Assembly (NCBI GenBank): GCA_021325135.1
Contig: JAJPHT010000026.1
Span: forward strand, 56,094 to 120,093
Length of the DNA stretch: 64,000 bases
Direction of reading: 5' to 3'
Source: Pseudomonadota bacterium
GTDB taxonomy: Archaea > Thermoplasmatota > SW-10-69-26 > JACQPN01 > JAJPHT01
Shown here: positions 35,914 to 45,878 of the stretch, piece after piece
Numbering within the stretch: position 1 is the stretch's first letter
Layout of the letters: each line of letters opens with the position of its first letter
Translations under genes and position numbers: made by a program
The notes under the pieces: generated by a model
Database searches by the model: none
What the model saw: only the letters and a program-made list of their open reading frames with translations
What the model was told of the DNA's origin: nothing

Positions 35914-36204
35914 TTGAAGAGGGGCCCCCCGGATGCGCGGCGCGTGCTCCAGAAGCTGCGCTCGCGCCACAGCATCGACCTCCCCGCCGAGACGTGGGGC
36001 CGCCGACGCCCGACGCTGGCCATCCTGGGCCTCATCGCCGTCGTCTTCCTCATCGTGCCCTTCCTCATCGCCCTCCTCTCGGGCTTCTACGACGGGGGCG
36101 TCCAAGTCTCCCGCGCCGAGGGCATCGCCGCCGGCGTGGGCCTCCTGCTGCTGGTCCTCATCGTCGCGGGCCTGCGCGGGAAGCCGGGCTGGAACAGGAA
36201 GTAA
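35914..36204 (+). CDS. Small two-TM membrane protein
   Basis: Two hydrophobic helices; start uncertain. Confidence 0.55.
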   Translation: MKRGPPDARRVLQKLRSRHSIDLPAETWGRRRPTLAILGLIAVVFLIVPFLIALLSGFYDGGVQVSRAEGIAAGVGLLLLVLIVAGLRGKPGWNRK

Positions 36205-36331
36205 CCGCGCTCCAGCCACCATCGGCAGATTCAACGTTCTGTCCCCGGGCGCGCGGCCCCAGGGAATTCACGGTTTTGCTCGCATAGGATGATGATATCG
36301 CCCCGGATTTTTCCGGCGGCGTGATCCCCCC

Positions 36332-37117
36332 ATGCGTCTCCGATCCCTTCTCCTCCTGGCCCTCCTCCTGAGCGCGCTCGCCGCGTGGGTCCCCGCGCCC
36401 GCCGACGCCGGCTGCACCGTCCCCTTCGTCTTCACCGGGAGCGGTCCTCTCCCGCCCGCCGGGGTGTTCGCCAGCAGCACCGCGGCCGACGCGTGCCAGA
36501 ACGTCACCCTCTCCTCCGTGGACGCGAAGGTGGTCGCCACCCACTGCGACGCCGCCGTCGACGTCGCCCTTGCCACGGCGTGCGCGGCGCTCAGCGTCGC
36601 GGCCACGGTGCCCGTGGGCGGCACCCCCTCGGTGACCGAGGTGGCCATCGCCAACGCGTGCGTCTCCGAGGCCGTGACCACGCCGCCGCAGTCGGTCTGC
36701 ACGTCCACCATCGTGCCCTCCGTCGCCCTGCCCCCCGCCGGGTTCATCACCCTCGCGGACGTGGGCACCGGCCTCCAGGTCGTCACCGGCTACGACCCGG
36801 CCGACTGGTCCTGCGGCGTCGTCTCGGCCGCGCCAACGCCCATCGCAAGCTGCGTCCCCCTCCAGGGCTCGCCGACGTGCACGGAGCTCGTCGTCTACGC
36901 GCAGTCGCTGGGCCCCAGCGGCGCGGTCCACGGCCGCGGCTCGTGCGCAGGGGCCGGGCTCCCCGAGGTCCAGACCGGCGACGCCATCGGCGCGGGCCAG
37001 TTCGGCGTCTTCTACGCGCCCCAGGGCCCCGCCACGGAGATCCGCTGCGAGGCGCGCGGCGTCTTCGGCAGCCCCACCCCCTCGCCCCCCTACAGCGTGA
37101 CGTGCGCCACCGCGTGA
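36332..37117 (+). CDS. Secreted Cys-rich protein
   Basis: Signal peptide; about a dozen Cys; beta-rich. Confidence 0.7.
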   Translation: MRLRSLLLLALLLSALAAWVPAPADAGCTVPFVFTGSGPLPPAGVFASSTAADACQNVTLSSVDAKVVATHCDAAVDVALATACAALSVAATVPVGGTPSVTEVAIANACVSEAVTTPPQSVCTSTIVPSVALPPAGFITLADVGTGLQVVTGYDPADWSCGVVSAAPTPIASCVPLQGSPTCTELVVYAQSLGPSGAVHGRGSCAGAGLPEVQTGDAIGAGQFGVFYAPQGPATEIRCEARGVFGSPTPSPPYSVTCATA

Positions 37118-37212
37118 GCCCGGCTCCCGGCCTCGGCAGGAGCGGGCGGCGCCAAGCCCCTGCCGAGGCGCAAGGTTTCTGCCTGCCAGCCGCCCTCCGG
37201 CGGCCGGTTCCC

Positions 37213-37608
37213 ATGGCGATCGCCACCGCGACGACGGCCCAGAAGCCGATGACCCTCTTCCAGGAGTTCCGCGCCTTCCTCGACAAGTACGGCGTCGTGG
37301 GCCTGGCCATCGCATTCGTCATCGGCGCCGCGCTCACGACCCTGGTGAAGGCCGTCGTCAACGACGTGCTCATGCCCATCGTGGGCCTCGTGACGCCCGC
37401 GGGCGGCTGGGAGAAGGCCGTCCTCTACGTCCCGCCCCTCCCCGCCGGCGCCGACCCCAGCGCGCCCGGCTTCGTCGTGCCCGCGCACACGCTGGCCATC
37501 GCGTGGGGCGACCTCCTCTCCAACGCGATCAACTTCGTCATCATCGCGGCGTTCGTCTTCCTCGTGGCGAAGTACCTCCTGCGCCAGAGGGAAGTGGGGA
37601 AGATCTGA
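37213..37608 (+). CDS. mscL: Large-conductance mechanosensitive channel
   Basis: FQEFRAFL...VVGLAIAFVIGAA...VNDVLMP...WGDLLSNAINFVIIA. Confidence 0.92.
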   Translation: MAIATATTAQKPMTLFQEFRAFLDKYGVVGLAIAFVIGAALTTLVKAVVNDVLMPIVGLVTPAGGWEKAVLYVPPLPAGADPSAPGFVVPAHTLAIAWGDLLSNAINFVIIAAFVFLVAKYLLRQREVGKI

Positions 37609-37625
37609 GGCGGGGGCGCGGGGCC

Positions 37626-39047
37626 TCACACCTTCATCGTCTTCCACCTGCCCTGGCCGAAGCGCGCCGTCGTGACGGCCGCGCGCAGGTAGTATTCCAC
37701 GAGGTAGCCCGCCCAGATGCCCGTCATGCCCATCCCCAGGTGGAGGCCGAGGTACCACGCGACGGGGAGGCGCACGAGCCAGAGGCCCGCGAAGCTCACC
37801 ATGAGGGGCCAGCGCGTGTCGCCTGCGCCGCGCAGCGCGCCCGCGGCGGTGAAGTGGAACGCGATGGCGGGCATGGCGAAGACGAGGACGTGGATCCACG
37901 TGACGGAGAGGCGCAGCGCGTCGGGGTCCGAGGTGAAGAGGCCCGCCATCTGGGGCGCGAAGACGAACATGGGAATGCTTAGCGCCACCATGCACGCGAG
38001 GCCCATGACGGTCGCGACCCAGCCGTTGGCCTCCGCCTCCTCGGGGCTGCCGCGGCCGAGGCCTTGGCCCACGAGGGCGGAGGCCGCGGCGGCGAAGCCG
38101 AAGCCCGGCATGAAGGCGAAGCTCTGCACGCGCAAACCGATCTGGTGCGCGGCGAGGGAGGCGGCGCCCAGGTGCACGATGAGGAGGAGGTACGCCAGGA
38201 AGCCGACGTTAAGGAGGAGCTGCTCCAGGAACGCGGGGCCGCCCACGCGGACGACGCGGCGCGCCGTGTCGGGGAGGCGCAGGTCCCGCGTCGCGAGGCG
38301 CACCGGCCGCCGGCCGCGCAGGAGGAGGACGAGGAAGATCGCGCCGCCCACGGTGTAGGAGGCCGACGTCGCGACGGCGGCGCCCACGAGGCCCAGCGCG
38401 GGGAAGCCCCAGTGGCCGTAGATGAGGAGCCAGTCGAGGCCCAGGTTCACGACGTTGACGCCGATGCCGACGTAGAGGGCGGGCCGCGTGTCGCCCGCGC
38501 CCTGCATGGCGCCCGTCGCGGTGGTCATGACCATGTAGCCCAGGATGCCCCACGCGAGGACGTGCAGCACAAGGCTGCCGTTGGCGACGATGCCCTCGAT
38601 GTCCGCCCCCGTGGAGCCGAACGTCATGAGGCGCAGCAGCGGCGCGTCGAAGAAGTACGTCAGCGCCAGGAGCGGGACGCTCAGCGCGGCGGCCACGAGC
38701 ACGGCCGAGGTCGCGCTACGGTCGCTCTCGGCCTGGTCGCCCGCGCCCACCGCGCGCGCCACGAGGGCGGTGGCGCCCGTCGCGAGGCCCGTGGCCAGCG
38801 TCATGCCCACCATGAAGAGCTGCGTCGCGAAGCCCATGGCGGCCTGCTTCACGACGCCCTGGGACGCGACCATCACGAGGTCCACCGTGAGGGCGAGGCT
38901 CTGGAGAAGGTTCGTGACGACCACGGGCCACGCGATGGCGAGGACCTTCTTCGACGTGGGCAGGTCGGGCCGGACGACGCGGCGCCAGACGGTGCCGAAG
39001 GTGGCCGCGGTCTGGCCCCCCACCGGCGCGCGGCCTGGCGTCGTCAC
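37626..39047 (-). CDS. MATE family efflux transporter
   Basis: AWPVV, GAGDTRP, LIYGHWGFPALGLVGAAVATS, LRGAGDTRWP. Confidence 0.93.
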   Translation of the reverse strand: MTTPGRAPVGGQTAATFGTVWRRVVRPDLPTSKKVLAIAWPVVVTNLLQSLALTVDLVMVASQGVVKQAAMGFATQLFMVGMTLATGLATGATALVARAVGAGDQAESDRSATSAVLVAAALSVPLLALTYFFDAPLLRLMTFGSTGADIEGIVANGSLVLHVLAWGILGYMVMTTATGAMQGAGDTRPALYVGIGVNVVNLGLDWLLIYGHWGFPALGLVGAAVATSASYTVGGAIFLVLLLRGRRPVRLATRDLRLPDTARRVVRVGGPAFLEQLLLNVGFLAYLLLIVHLGAASLAAHQIGLRVQSFAFMPGFGFAAAASALVGQGLGRGSPEEAEANGWVATVMGLACMVALSIPMFVFAPQMAGLFTSDPDALRLSVTWIHVLVFAMPAIAFHFTAAGALRGAGDTRWPLMVSFAGLWLVRLPVAWYLGLHLGMGMTGIWAGYLVEYYLRAAVTTARFGQGRWKTMKV

Positions 39048-39105
39048 GCGCGGGCCATCCGGCTCTCCCCTTTAAGAGTCACGCGAACCCGCCGGTGTGC
39101 CTGGC

Positions 39106-39852
39106 CTAGCCAAGGGCGCGGAGGCGGGCCGCAATAAAGTCCATCGTCTCGCGCAGGTTCCGCGCGGGGTCGAACGCCTTGGCGACGCGCTCGCACGCGG
39201 CGCGGTCCCCGCGGAGCGCCTCGACCTCGCGCGTGATGGCCGGCACGGCGCGGCGCACGTTGTCGGTGACGCTCACGCTGGCGGACTTCGCGGTGCGGCT
39301 GAGCGGGTTGAGGTCCACGACGACGACGGTCTTCCCCATGTCGCGCAGCGCCTGGCAGCGGTCGCCGTCCTCCAGGGGCACGAGCACGACGTCCGCGCTG
39401 AAGATGCCCTCCACGGTGCTGCGGCCGCGCTCGTGGTCGAGGCCGGGGATGGTGGGCTGCGCGCCTTCGCCCAGCACGCGCTCACAGCCGTGCGCCTCCA
39501 GGAAGGCCGCGAGCCTGCGCACGCGCTCCTCGGTGCGGTGGAAGAGGTTGACCTCCACCTTGCAGCGCAGCGCCTTCTGGAGCGCGGCCAGCTCGTCGGG
39601 GACGAGCACGGCGGTATTGCCGTTGACGGAGAGCACCGGGTTGCGGGCGAGGAGAAGGTGCGCCGCGGCGGCGCGCTCGGCCTCGGCGGCGGGGGGGATG
39701 GTCCCCTCGCCCAGGAGGTAGTCGAACGCCTCGCCGCGGCCGTGGGCGATGAGCCCCTGCATGGAGACGAGGCCGCTGCGCACGCCCTCCTCGACGCGCG
39801 CCCGCGTCATGAGCGACTCGTAGCGCGGGTGCGAGCGGGGGACGTCCGTCAC
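39106..39852 (-). CDS. 4-phosphopantoate--beta-alanine ligase (phosphopantothenate synthetase)
   Basis: SHPRYESL, GLIAHGRGEAFDYLLGE, SVNGN, EVNLF, VPLEDGDR, DLNPLSRT. Confidence 0.95.
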   Translation of the reverse strand: MTDVPRSHPRYESLMTRARVEEGVRSGLVSMQGLIAHGRGEAFDYLLGEGTIPPAAEAERAAAAHLLLARNPVLSVNGNTAVLVPDELAALQKALRCKVEVNLFHRTEERVRRLAAFLEAHGCERVLGEGAQPTIPGLDHERGRSTVEGIFSADVVLVPLEDGDRCQALRDMGKTVVVVDLNPLSRTAKSASVSVTDNVRRAVPAITREVEALRGDRAACERVAKAFDPARNLRETMDFIAARLRALG

Positions 39853-39897
39853 GCCGCGGCCATCGGGCGCGCGGCGGATGGAGCTTTCGCCGCGCCC

Positions 39898-41157
39898 TCA
39901 CGAGGCGGGGACCATGGCGTAGCGGACCTGCGGGTTGTTGTCGGTGAGGTCGTCGCTGCCGTAGGAGACGTGCACGTTGCCGGCCGCGTCGAAGGCGACG
40001 CCCTGGTAGTCCAGCATGTCGCGCGGGTCGTTCTGCCCGTTGCTCACGCCGCAGGAGGTGCCGTCCATGCAGAACCAGCCCGCGTGGTTGCCGGTGGTGG
40101 TGACCTGCGTGACGGTGACGTTGGGCGTGGCGTTCCAGAAGCCGCGCACCTGGGCGACGTAGACGTTCCACGTCCCGCTGAAGGAGGACTGCGACGGGTT
40201 GCCCGAGGAGGTCGAGCCGTACCAGGCGATGGCGAGGTGGTCGTCCGCCACGGCGATGGCCGCGAAGGTGTTGCTCTTGAGCGTCGCGGGCGAGACGGTG
40301 AGCGTCTTGGCGGTGCCGGTCCACGAGGGGTAGCCGATGACCTGGATCGCGCCGTTGCTCGTGGTGGGCTGCGCGACGTAGAGGCGGTCCGAGGAGTCGA
40401 CGGCCATGGGGGTGAGGATCTGCGCGCCCTGGGCAGGGATGCTCCGGGTCTGCATGGTGAGGCTGCACGGCGTGGGCCAGCGCTGCATCTGGCCCGCGAT
40501 GGCGAAGTAGAGCGCGCCGTGGCTGTCGAAGCTGGCGCTGCCGGCGTTGGGCGTGCCGCCGTTGCCCGCGGTGCGGGAGAGCCACGTCGTGCCCGAGTCG
40601 GTGGAGTACGCGCACTCCTCGTCCAGCACGGCGTTGTCGATGACCGCGACCTTGCCCGCGCCGTTGGTGGCGAGCCAGGGGCGGTCGCTGAGGCCGTCCG
40701 CCTTCACGATGAGGCCCACGATGGCGGACCAGGTGGCGCCATCGTCGGTGGTGGAGGCCACGTTCACGAAGGGCCCGTCGGTGGTGGACGCGTAGATGCG
40801 GCCGGCCGCGTCCTGCGCGAGGGCCCAGCCGTCGGAGATGCCGCCCGAGACGACGGGCGTGCTGATGGTGCCGGGGATGAACGTCGGCGTCACGTCGGTC
40901 CACGACGAGCCGTCCAGGCGGTGGACGCCCAGCGAGTCGCCCACGAGGATGACGCCGGTCGCGTGGTCCACGAGGATCGTGGGCTCGCCGCCGCCGTTGT
41001 CCACGACGCTCGCGTCGGGCAGCGCCAGGGCGGGGCCCGCGCGCACGAAGGTGGGCAGGTCCAGGCGCGCGGCCGCGGGGGCCGAGGGAGCCGCGGCTTG
41101 CAGGAAGCCGGCGGTGGCGAGGACGATGAGGGACAGGACGAGGAGCCTCCGGGTCAT
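39898..41157 (-). CDS. Secreted BNR/sialidase-like beta-propeller protein
   Basis: Asp-boxes TTDDGATW and STDSGTTW; DRPW; signal peptide. Confidence 0.75.
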   Translation of the reverse strand: MTRRLLVLSLIVLATAGFLQAAAPSAPAAARLDLPTFVRAGPALALPDASVVDNGGGEPTILVDHATGVILVGDSLGVHRLDGSSWTDVTPTFIPGTISTPVVSGGISDGWALAQDAAGRIYASTTDGPFVNVASTTDDGATWSAIVGLIVKADGLSDRPWLATNGAGKVAVIDNAVLDEECAYSTDSGTTWLSRTAGNGGTPNAGSASFDSHGALYFAIAGQMQRWPTPCSLTMQTRSIPAQGAQILTPMAVDSSDRLYVAQPTTSNGAIQVIGYPSWTGTAKTLTVSPATLKSNTFAAIAVADDHLAIAWYGSTSSGNPSQSSFSGTWNVYVAQVRGFWNATPNVTVTQVTTTGNHAGWFCMDGTSCGVSNGQNDPRDMLDYQGVAFDAAGNVHVSYGSDDLTDNNPQVRYAMVPAS

Positions 41158-41275
41158 GGACCCCGCGAGGGCCGAGAGCCCCATAAGCCCTCCTCCGCGC
41201 ATGGGCCCGACCCGAAGCCGCCCTCGGGAGAACGTCCAAGACCGCCTTGCGGGATGCGCCCCCGGGAGACTGTCC

Positions 41276-42274
41276 ATGCGAACCGTCCTCAGCCTCGCGC
41301 TCGCCGCGCTCGTCCTCGCCCCGCCCCTCGTCGCCGCGCTCGCCTCGCCCGCGCTCCCCGAGGAGGGGCCCGACGTCCCCGCGGCCACGGCGCCCGTCGC
41401 CACGGTCACGGTGCTGGACCACGAGCAGTTCTCTTACACCGCGGGCTACCGGGGCCACAACGTCAGCGTGCCGGCGGGCCCGTGGAACCGCGTCGTCCTC
41501 GTCTGGGAGCAGAAGCCCGTGGACGACCCGTGGGACCGCACGTTCAGCGCGTCCATCGGCGGCGTCGAGGTGCTCCGCGGCACGACGCCCCGCGCGGAGT
41601 TCACCGTCCAGAAGGACGTCACGCGCTACGCGTCGCTCCTGCCCGCGGGCGGCATCGCGATGGTGGAGGGCTACGCCGACTCGTGGGTGGGCGCGGGCCA
41701 GCTCGTGACGCTGACGCTCCAGTTCTACGACGACCCCAGCGCGGCCGCCGTCCAGCCTGCCGCCACGCACGTCTTCGGCATCCAGCGCATGGCCGGCATG
41801 AGCATCGGCAGCCAGACCGGTCCCAGCGCGGTGGACTTCGGCGCGACGGCGCCCTCCTCCGCGTCGGTGGAGTTCATCGCCAGCGGCCACGGCGACCAGG
41901 AGGACTGGTTCATCTACCCCGAGTCGCCCCCCAAGTTCACGCTCCTCGTGGACGGCACGCCCGTCGCGACCGCGGTCGCCATGCCCTACACCTACGCGTT
42001 CTTCGGCGTCTGCAGCGGCCCCGGCTGCACGGGCACCTCGACGGACCAGACCGTCGCGACCGCCATGTGGTGGACCGCGCAGCGCGGCGCGGACCTCGCG
42101 GGCGTCCACCAGGGTGTCGGCGAGATCCCCGCGTACCGCGCCGTCGTCGCGCCTGGGGACCTGCACCTCCTCCAGGGCGCGCACAACGTCACCGTCCTCC
42201 TGGACCGCGACGCGCTGGGCGACGCCGACGGGTCGGGCGTGTGGATCACCAGCGCGTCGATCCTCACGCAGTAA
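41276..42274 (+). CDS. Secreted peptide-N-glycosidase (PNGase)-like protein
   Basis: DPWDRT, EVLRGTTP, KDVTRYASLL and ASGHG motifs seen in PNGase A/F-like families. Confidence 0.65.
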   Translation: MRTVLSLALAALVLAPPLVAALASPALPEEGPDVPAATAPVATVTVLDHEQFSYTAGYRGHNVSVPAGPWNRVVLVWEQKPVDDPWDRTFSASIGGVEVLRGTTPRAEFTVQKDVTRYASLLPAGGIAMVEGYADSWVGAGQLVTLTLQFYDDPSAAAVQPAATHVFGIQRMAGMSIGSQTGPSAVDFGATAPSSASVEFIASGHGDQEDWFIYPESPPKFTLLVDGTPVATAVAMPYTYAFFGVCSGPGCTGTSTDQTVATAMWWTAQRGADLAGVHQGVGEIPAYRAVVAPGDLHLLQGAHNVTVLLDRDALGDADGSGVWITSASILTQ

Positions 42275-42340
42275 GAGTGGCTAGAGCCGGGGGGGCCTCG
42301 GGGCAACCGTCGTCCGGCCGCGCCGCAGCGCGGCTACCCG

Positions 42341-42426
42341 AGGGGGTTTCAGGGGGCGAAGCCCCCTGACGTGAAGTCGCTTGATCAAACGACCGAAACG
42401 TCAGGGGCCTTCGCCCCCGACCCCCT
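42341..42426. repeat. REPIN-like paired inverted repeat, copy 4
   Basis: AGGGGGTTTCAGGGGGCGAAGCCCCCTGACGTGAAG...ACGTCAGGGGCCTTCGCCCCCGACCCCCT. Confidence 0.85.
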
Positions 42427-43441
42427 ATGGCTCGTCCTCGTGCAGGTGCTCGCGCGGCACGCCGCCCGTGCGGAGCCACCCGGCGATGGGCTTGGGGCGG
42501 TAGGGCTCTTCCAGCCAGCGCAGGTCGGAGGCGTCCAGCTTGATGTCGAAAGCGCCGACGGCCTCCTCCAGGTGGCGCATCTTGGTGACGCCCACGATGG
42601 GCGCGACGACGCCGGGCTGGTGGAGGAGCCATGCCAGGGCGATCTGGCTGGGGGTGGCGGACTTGCGCTTGGCCAGCTCGTCGACGCGGCTGGCGATCTC
42701 GCGGCTCTGCTCGTCGTCGTAGAAGGAGCGCCCCGCGTCGGTGGCGCGTCGCGCGCCGCGCTCGCGCGACTCGTGGCCCGCCAGGAAGCCGCGCGCCAGG
42801 GGGCTCCACGGGATGAGGCCCACGCCCTCGTGGCGGCAGAGGGGGATCATCTCGCGCTCCTCCTCCCGGTACGCGAGGTTGTAGTGGTTCTGCATGGTGA
42901 CGAAGGGGTGCCAGCCCTTCTCGCGCTGGCGCGAGAGGAGGCGCGCGAACTGCCACGCCCACATGGTGGAGGCGCCCAGGTAGCGCGTCTTCCCCTGGTC
43001 GACGAAGGAGGAGAGCGTGGAGAGCGCCTCGTCCTCGGGCGTCTCCTCGTCGAAGCGGTGGATCTGGTAGAGGTCGACGTAGGACGTGCCCAGCCTCTCC
43101 AGCGAGTCCCGCATCGCGGCGACGAGATGCTTGCGCGAGAGGCCGCGGTCGTTGGCGGCAGGCCCCATGGGGTGATATCCTTTCGTCGCGATCACGAGAT
43201 CGTCGCGGCGCCCCTTGATGGCCTCGCCCACGATGCGCTCGCTCTCGCCCACGGAGTACATGTCCGCGGTGTCCAGGAAGTTGACGCCCAGGTCCAGCGC
43301 GCGCTTGAGGATGGGCAGCGCCTCGTCGCGCTCCACGACCCAGGGGCGCCACGACTTCGAGCCGAAGCCCATGGTGCCCAGGCAGATGCGCGTGACCCGG
43401 GCGCCGGAGCGTCCCAGGCGCGCGAGGGGGATGTCCGTCAT
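42425..43441 (-). CDS. Aldo/keto reductase
   Basis: LGTMGFG, DTADMYS, IATK, DLYQIHRFD, MQNHYNL, PWSPLARG. Confidence 0.95.
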   Translation of the reverse strand: MTDIPLARLGRSGARVTRICLGTMGFGSKSWRPWVVERDEALPILKRALDLGVNFLDTADMYSVGESERIVGEAIKGRRDDLVIATKGYHPMGPAANDRGLSRKHLVAAMRDSLERLGTSYVDLYQIHRFDEETPEDEALSTLSSFVDQGKTRYLGASTMWAWQFARLLSRQREKGWHPFVTMQNHYNLAYREEEREMIPLCRHEGVGLIPWSPLARGFLAGHESRERGARRATDAGRSFYDDEQSREIASRVDELAKRKSATPSQIALAWLLHQPGVVAPIVGVTKMRHLEEAVGAFDIKLDASDLRWLEEPYRPKPIAGWLRTGGVPREHLHEDEP

Positions 43442-43448
43442 CGCGGGC

Positions 43449-43778
43449 TCAGACGCCCGTGCAGTATGAGAACTGATCGGCGCCCGTCCAGACGGTCTCC
43501 TCGATGAGGCAGTGGGGGTTCGTGGGGTTCACGCACCACTCCTCGTACCCTTCGAAGCCGACGCGCTGGCCGTGGCAGAGGGACGTGGGCACGGCGGGCG
43601 CGCTCGCCTTGGGGACGCAGGTCGCCTTGGCGGCAGTCCAGACGCACGCGGTGCCGGGGCAGGGCTGGACGCCCACCTTGCCCAGGACGCAGACGGCGAC
43701 GTCGGGCGCGGCGCCGGCAAGGGGGACGATGGCGAGCACGAGCAGGGGGACGACGAGGAGCGCGATGCGCATGGCCAC
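43449..43778 (-). CDS. Secreted Cys-rich small protein
   Basis: Signal peptide; eight Cys in the mature part. Confidence 0.65.
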   Translation of the reverse strand: MAMRIALLVVPLLVLAIVPLAGAAPDVAVCVLGKVGVQPCPGTACVWTAAKATCVPKASAPAVPTSLCHGQRVGFEGYEEWCVNPTNPHCLIEETVWTGADQFSYCTGV

Positions 43779-43811
43779 AAGCCTCGCGGCGGGGAACCAC
43801 GCACCGGGGCT

Positions 43812-44723
43812 TCAATCGTTCTCGTCGGCTTGTCCAGCGTGGATCTCCTCGTAGGCGTTGTTGAACGCCACGTCCGTCGCGACCAGGTCCGGGTCCTTGC
43901 GCGAGGCCGCGAACGCGCGCACCGCGGCGGCGAAGCGCAGGTAGTCCTCCGGCGTCTGCACGGCGGGCAGCGAGACGCCCAGCTCCTCGCCCACCTCGGG
44001 GCCGGTGCGCGTCCAGTGGGCGGGCCACCGCGCGGGCGCGAAGGCGTGCAGCACCTTGGAGCCCAGGGAGAGGGCGCCCGGCTCGACGCCGTCCGCCCGC
44101 GCGAGGGCCAGGAGCGCCCCGAGCCGCCGCGCGACCTCCGCCTCGCTCGCGATCTCCGGCGTCTCGCCCTCCGCGCCGAAGGCGACGATCTCCACGGCCT
44201 CGCGCAGGCGCGGGCTGCGGATCAGCTCGCTGGCGATCTGCTGGCGCGGCCACGCGGCGTTTCCCCCGTGGATCTGCAGCTTCCCCGCCGCAAGCTGCGA
44301 AGGAAGCTCCTCCGCGGAGACGCGGCGGAACACGTAGTCGCGCATGTCGTCCCAGTCCCCCAGGCTGTTGTACCCCTGGATGCGGCGCCCCTCCACGGTC
44401 ACGTCGAAGAGCTTCACCATCGCCAGGTAGAACGCGCCGCGGAAGGTCGCCGGGTCCTCCTCGTCGCTGGTCCGCGGCGCGACGCGCGCCGGCTTGTCAT
44501 ACGCGGCCCAGTAGAGCGCCGCGCTCCACGGCTTCCCCCGCGCCCCCGCCATCATGCGGCGGAACCGCTCGTGGCACGCCAGGCGCAGCGCGCGCCACGT
44601 CGCGTCGGGGTCGTGCGCCGCGGGGCCCCTCGCCGGGGGCGGGCCCACGCGGGACATGCCGCACTGGGGGCACGTCGAGCGGAGCTTCTTGTGCTCGCAG
44701 AAGAGGGACGCCGCCATCGCCAT
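43812..44723 (-). CDS. Hypothetical protein with N-terminal C-x-H-x5-C-x2-C zinc motif
   Basis: CEHKKLRSTCPQCG; start overlaps the M28 stop (TGATG). Confidence 0.65.
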   Translation of the reverse strand: MAMAASLFCEHKKLRSTCPQCGMSRVGPPPARGPAAHDPDATWRALRLACHERFRRMMAGARGKPWSAALYWAAYDKPARVAPRTSDEEDPATFRGAFYLAMVKLFDVTVEGRRIQGYNSLGDWDDMRDYVFRRVSAEELPSQLAAGKLQIHGGNAAWPRQQIASELIRSPRLREAVEIVAFGAEGETPEIASEAEVARRLGALLALARADGVEPGALSLGSKVLHAFAPARWPAHWTRTGPEVGEELGVSLPAVQTPEDYLRFAAAVRAFAASRKDPDLVATDVAFNNAYEEIHAGQADEND

Positions 44724-45760
44724 CACTTCGGCGTGTCCGGCACGAACGCGCTGCTCGCCATGTAGGCCAGGAGAGGCGTAACAACGTTCATCGTCGTCTG
44801 GAAGCCGGCCTCCAGCGTGGCCTCGTCCCCGGCGGACGCCACCATCGTCTCGTAGGTGTCCATCTTGTGCCACCACGGGTAGGGTCCGACGTAGGGGACG
44901 GGCGTGTCGGGCGCGATGGAGCCGTCGGGGAGGACGTACTCGTCCCAGTCGCTCCAGAAGTAGACGGTGCTGACGTTGACGCCGATGAAGGAGGCGCCGT
45001 CGCTGCTGCCGCCCTTGGGCTTGCGGAACTCCAGGTGGTCGGCGGGGATCTTGCTGGCGTTGGCCAGGAGGCGGACCTCGGCCTGGAGGCTGGGGCTGTT
45101 CTGCCAGCAGATGAGGTTCGCCGGGTGGGGCCACGTGATGCCCACCATGTCCAGGTCCAGCATGGCGTCCACCGCGATCTTGTGCTTGAACGTGCCCTTG
45201 GCGACGGACTCGACGAAGGCGTGCGAGCCCACGAGGCCGCGCTCCTCCTGGTCGAACTCGATGAAGGCGAGGGTGCGCGTGGTGTTGACCTTGGCGAAGG
45301 CCTTCGCAAGCTCGACGACGTCGACGGTGCCGCTGCCATCGTCGTAGGTGCCGTACACCGCGCCCTCGGTCACGTCGTAGTGCGCGCCCACGACGACCCA
45401 GTGCTCGCGGTCCTCGCCCCACTTGATGCCGATGACGTTCTGCCCCGCGACGGGGACGGCCGCGACGGGGCCCACGGACTCGAAGTCCTGCCGCTCCGTC
45501 TCCAGCCCGGCGTCCTTCATCGTCTTCTCCAGCGCGTCGCGCGCCGCGAGGTGGTTGGGCGTGCCGCTCTGGCGGTACGGGTACGCCTCGCTGAACGACT
45601 TGAGCGCGTCGAGCACCTCGCGCGCCTTGGGCGGCGTCGCGTTCCCCGCGAGGAGCGCCGCGGCGTCGGAGGGGGCGGACGCGGTGGAGGCTGCAGGCGA
45701 TCCGATGCACCCCGCCAGCGCAGGGGCGACGAGGAGGGCGACGGCGAGGAGGGCGCGCAC
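44723..45760 (-). CDS. M28 family metallopeptidase lipoprotein
   Basis: Lipobox LAGC; VVVGAHYD, GTYDDGSG, QEERGLVGS, LDLDMVG, SSDG, WHKMDT. Confidence 0.88.
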   Translation of the reverse strand: MRALLAVALLVAPALAGCIGSPAASTASAPSDAAALLAGNATPPKAREVLDALKSFSEAYPYRQSGTPNHLAARDALEKTMKDAGLETERQDFESVGPVAAVPVAGQNVIGIKWGEDREHWVVVGAHYDVTEGAVYGTYDDGSGTVDVVELAKAFAKVNTTRTLAFIEFDQEERGLVGSHAFVESVAKGTFKHKIAVDAMLDLDMVGITWPHPANLICWQNSPSLQAEVRLLANASKIPADHLEFRKPKGGSSDGASFIGVNVSTVYFWSDWDEYVLPDGSIAPDTPVPYVGPYPWWHKMDTYETMVASAGDEATLEAGFQTTMNVVTPLLAYMASSAFVPDTPK

Positions 45761-45878
45761 GGGGATCGCACCTCGGAGGCGGCCAGATAAGCGTTGTTGC
45801 GGCCCGCGCGGGCAGCGGCGTAGGCGATACCCTTTTGGAGCGCGCGCAGGTCGTGGGGAGCAGCGTCGAGGCCGCCCC

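Noticed and set aside
37130-37169. GCCTCGGCAGG...CCTGCCGAGGC hairpin before mscL
   Set aside because: Single 11-bp stem, most simply a terminator; no other copy in the window.
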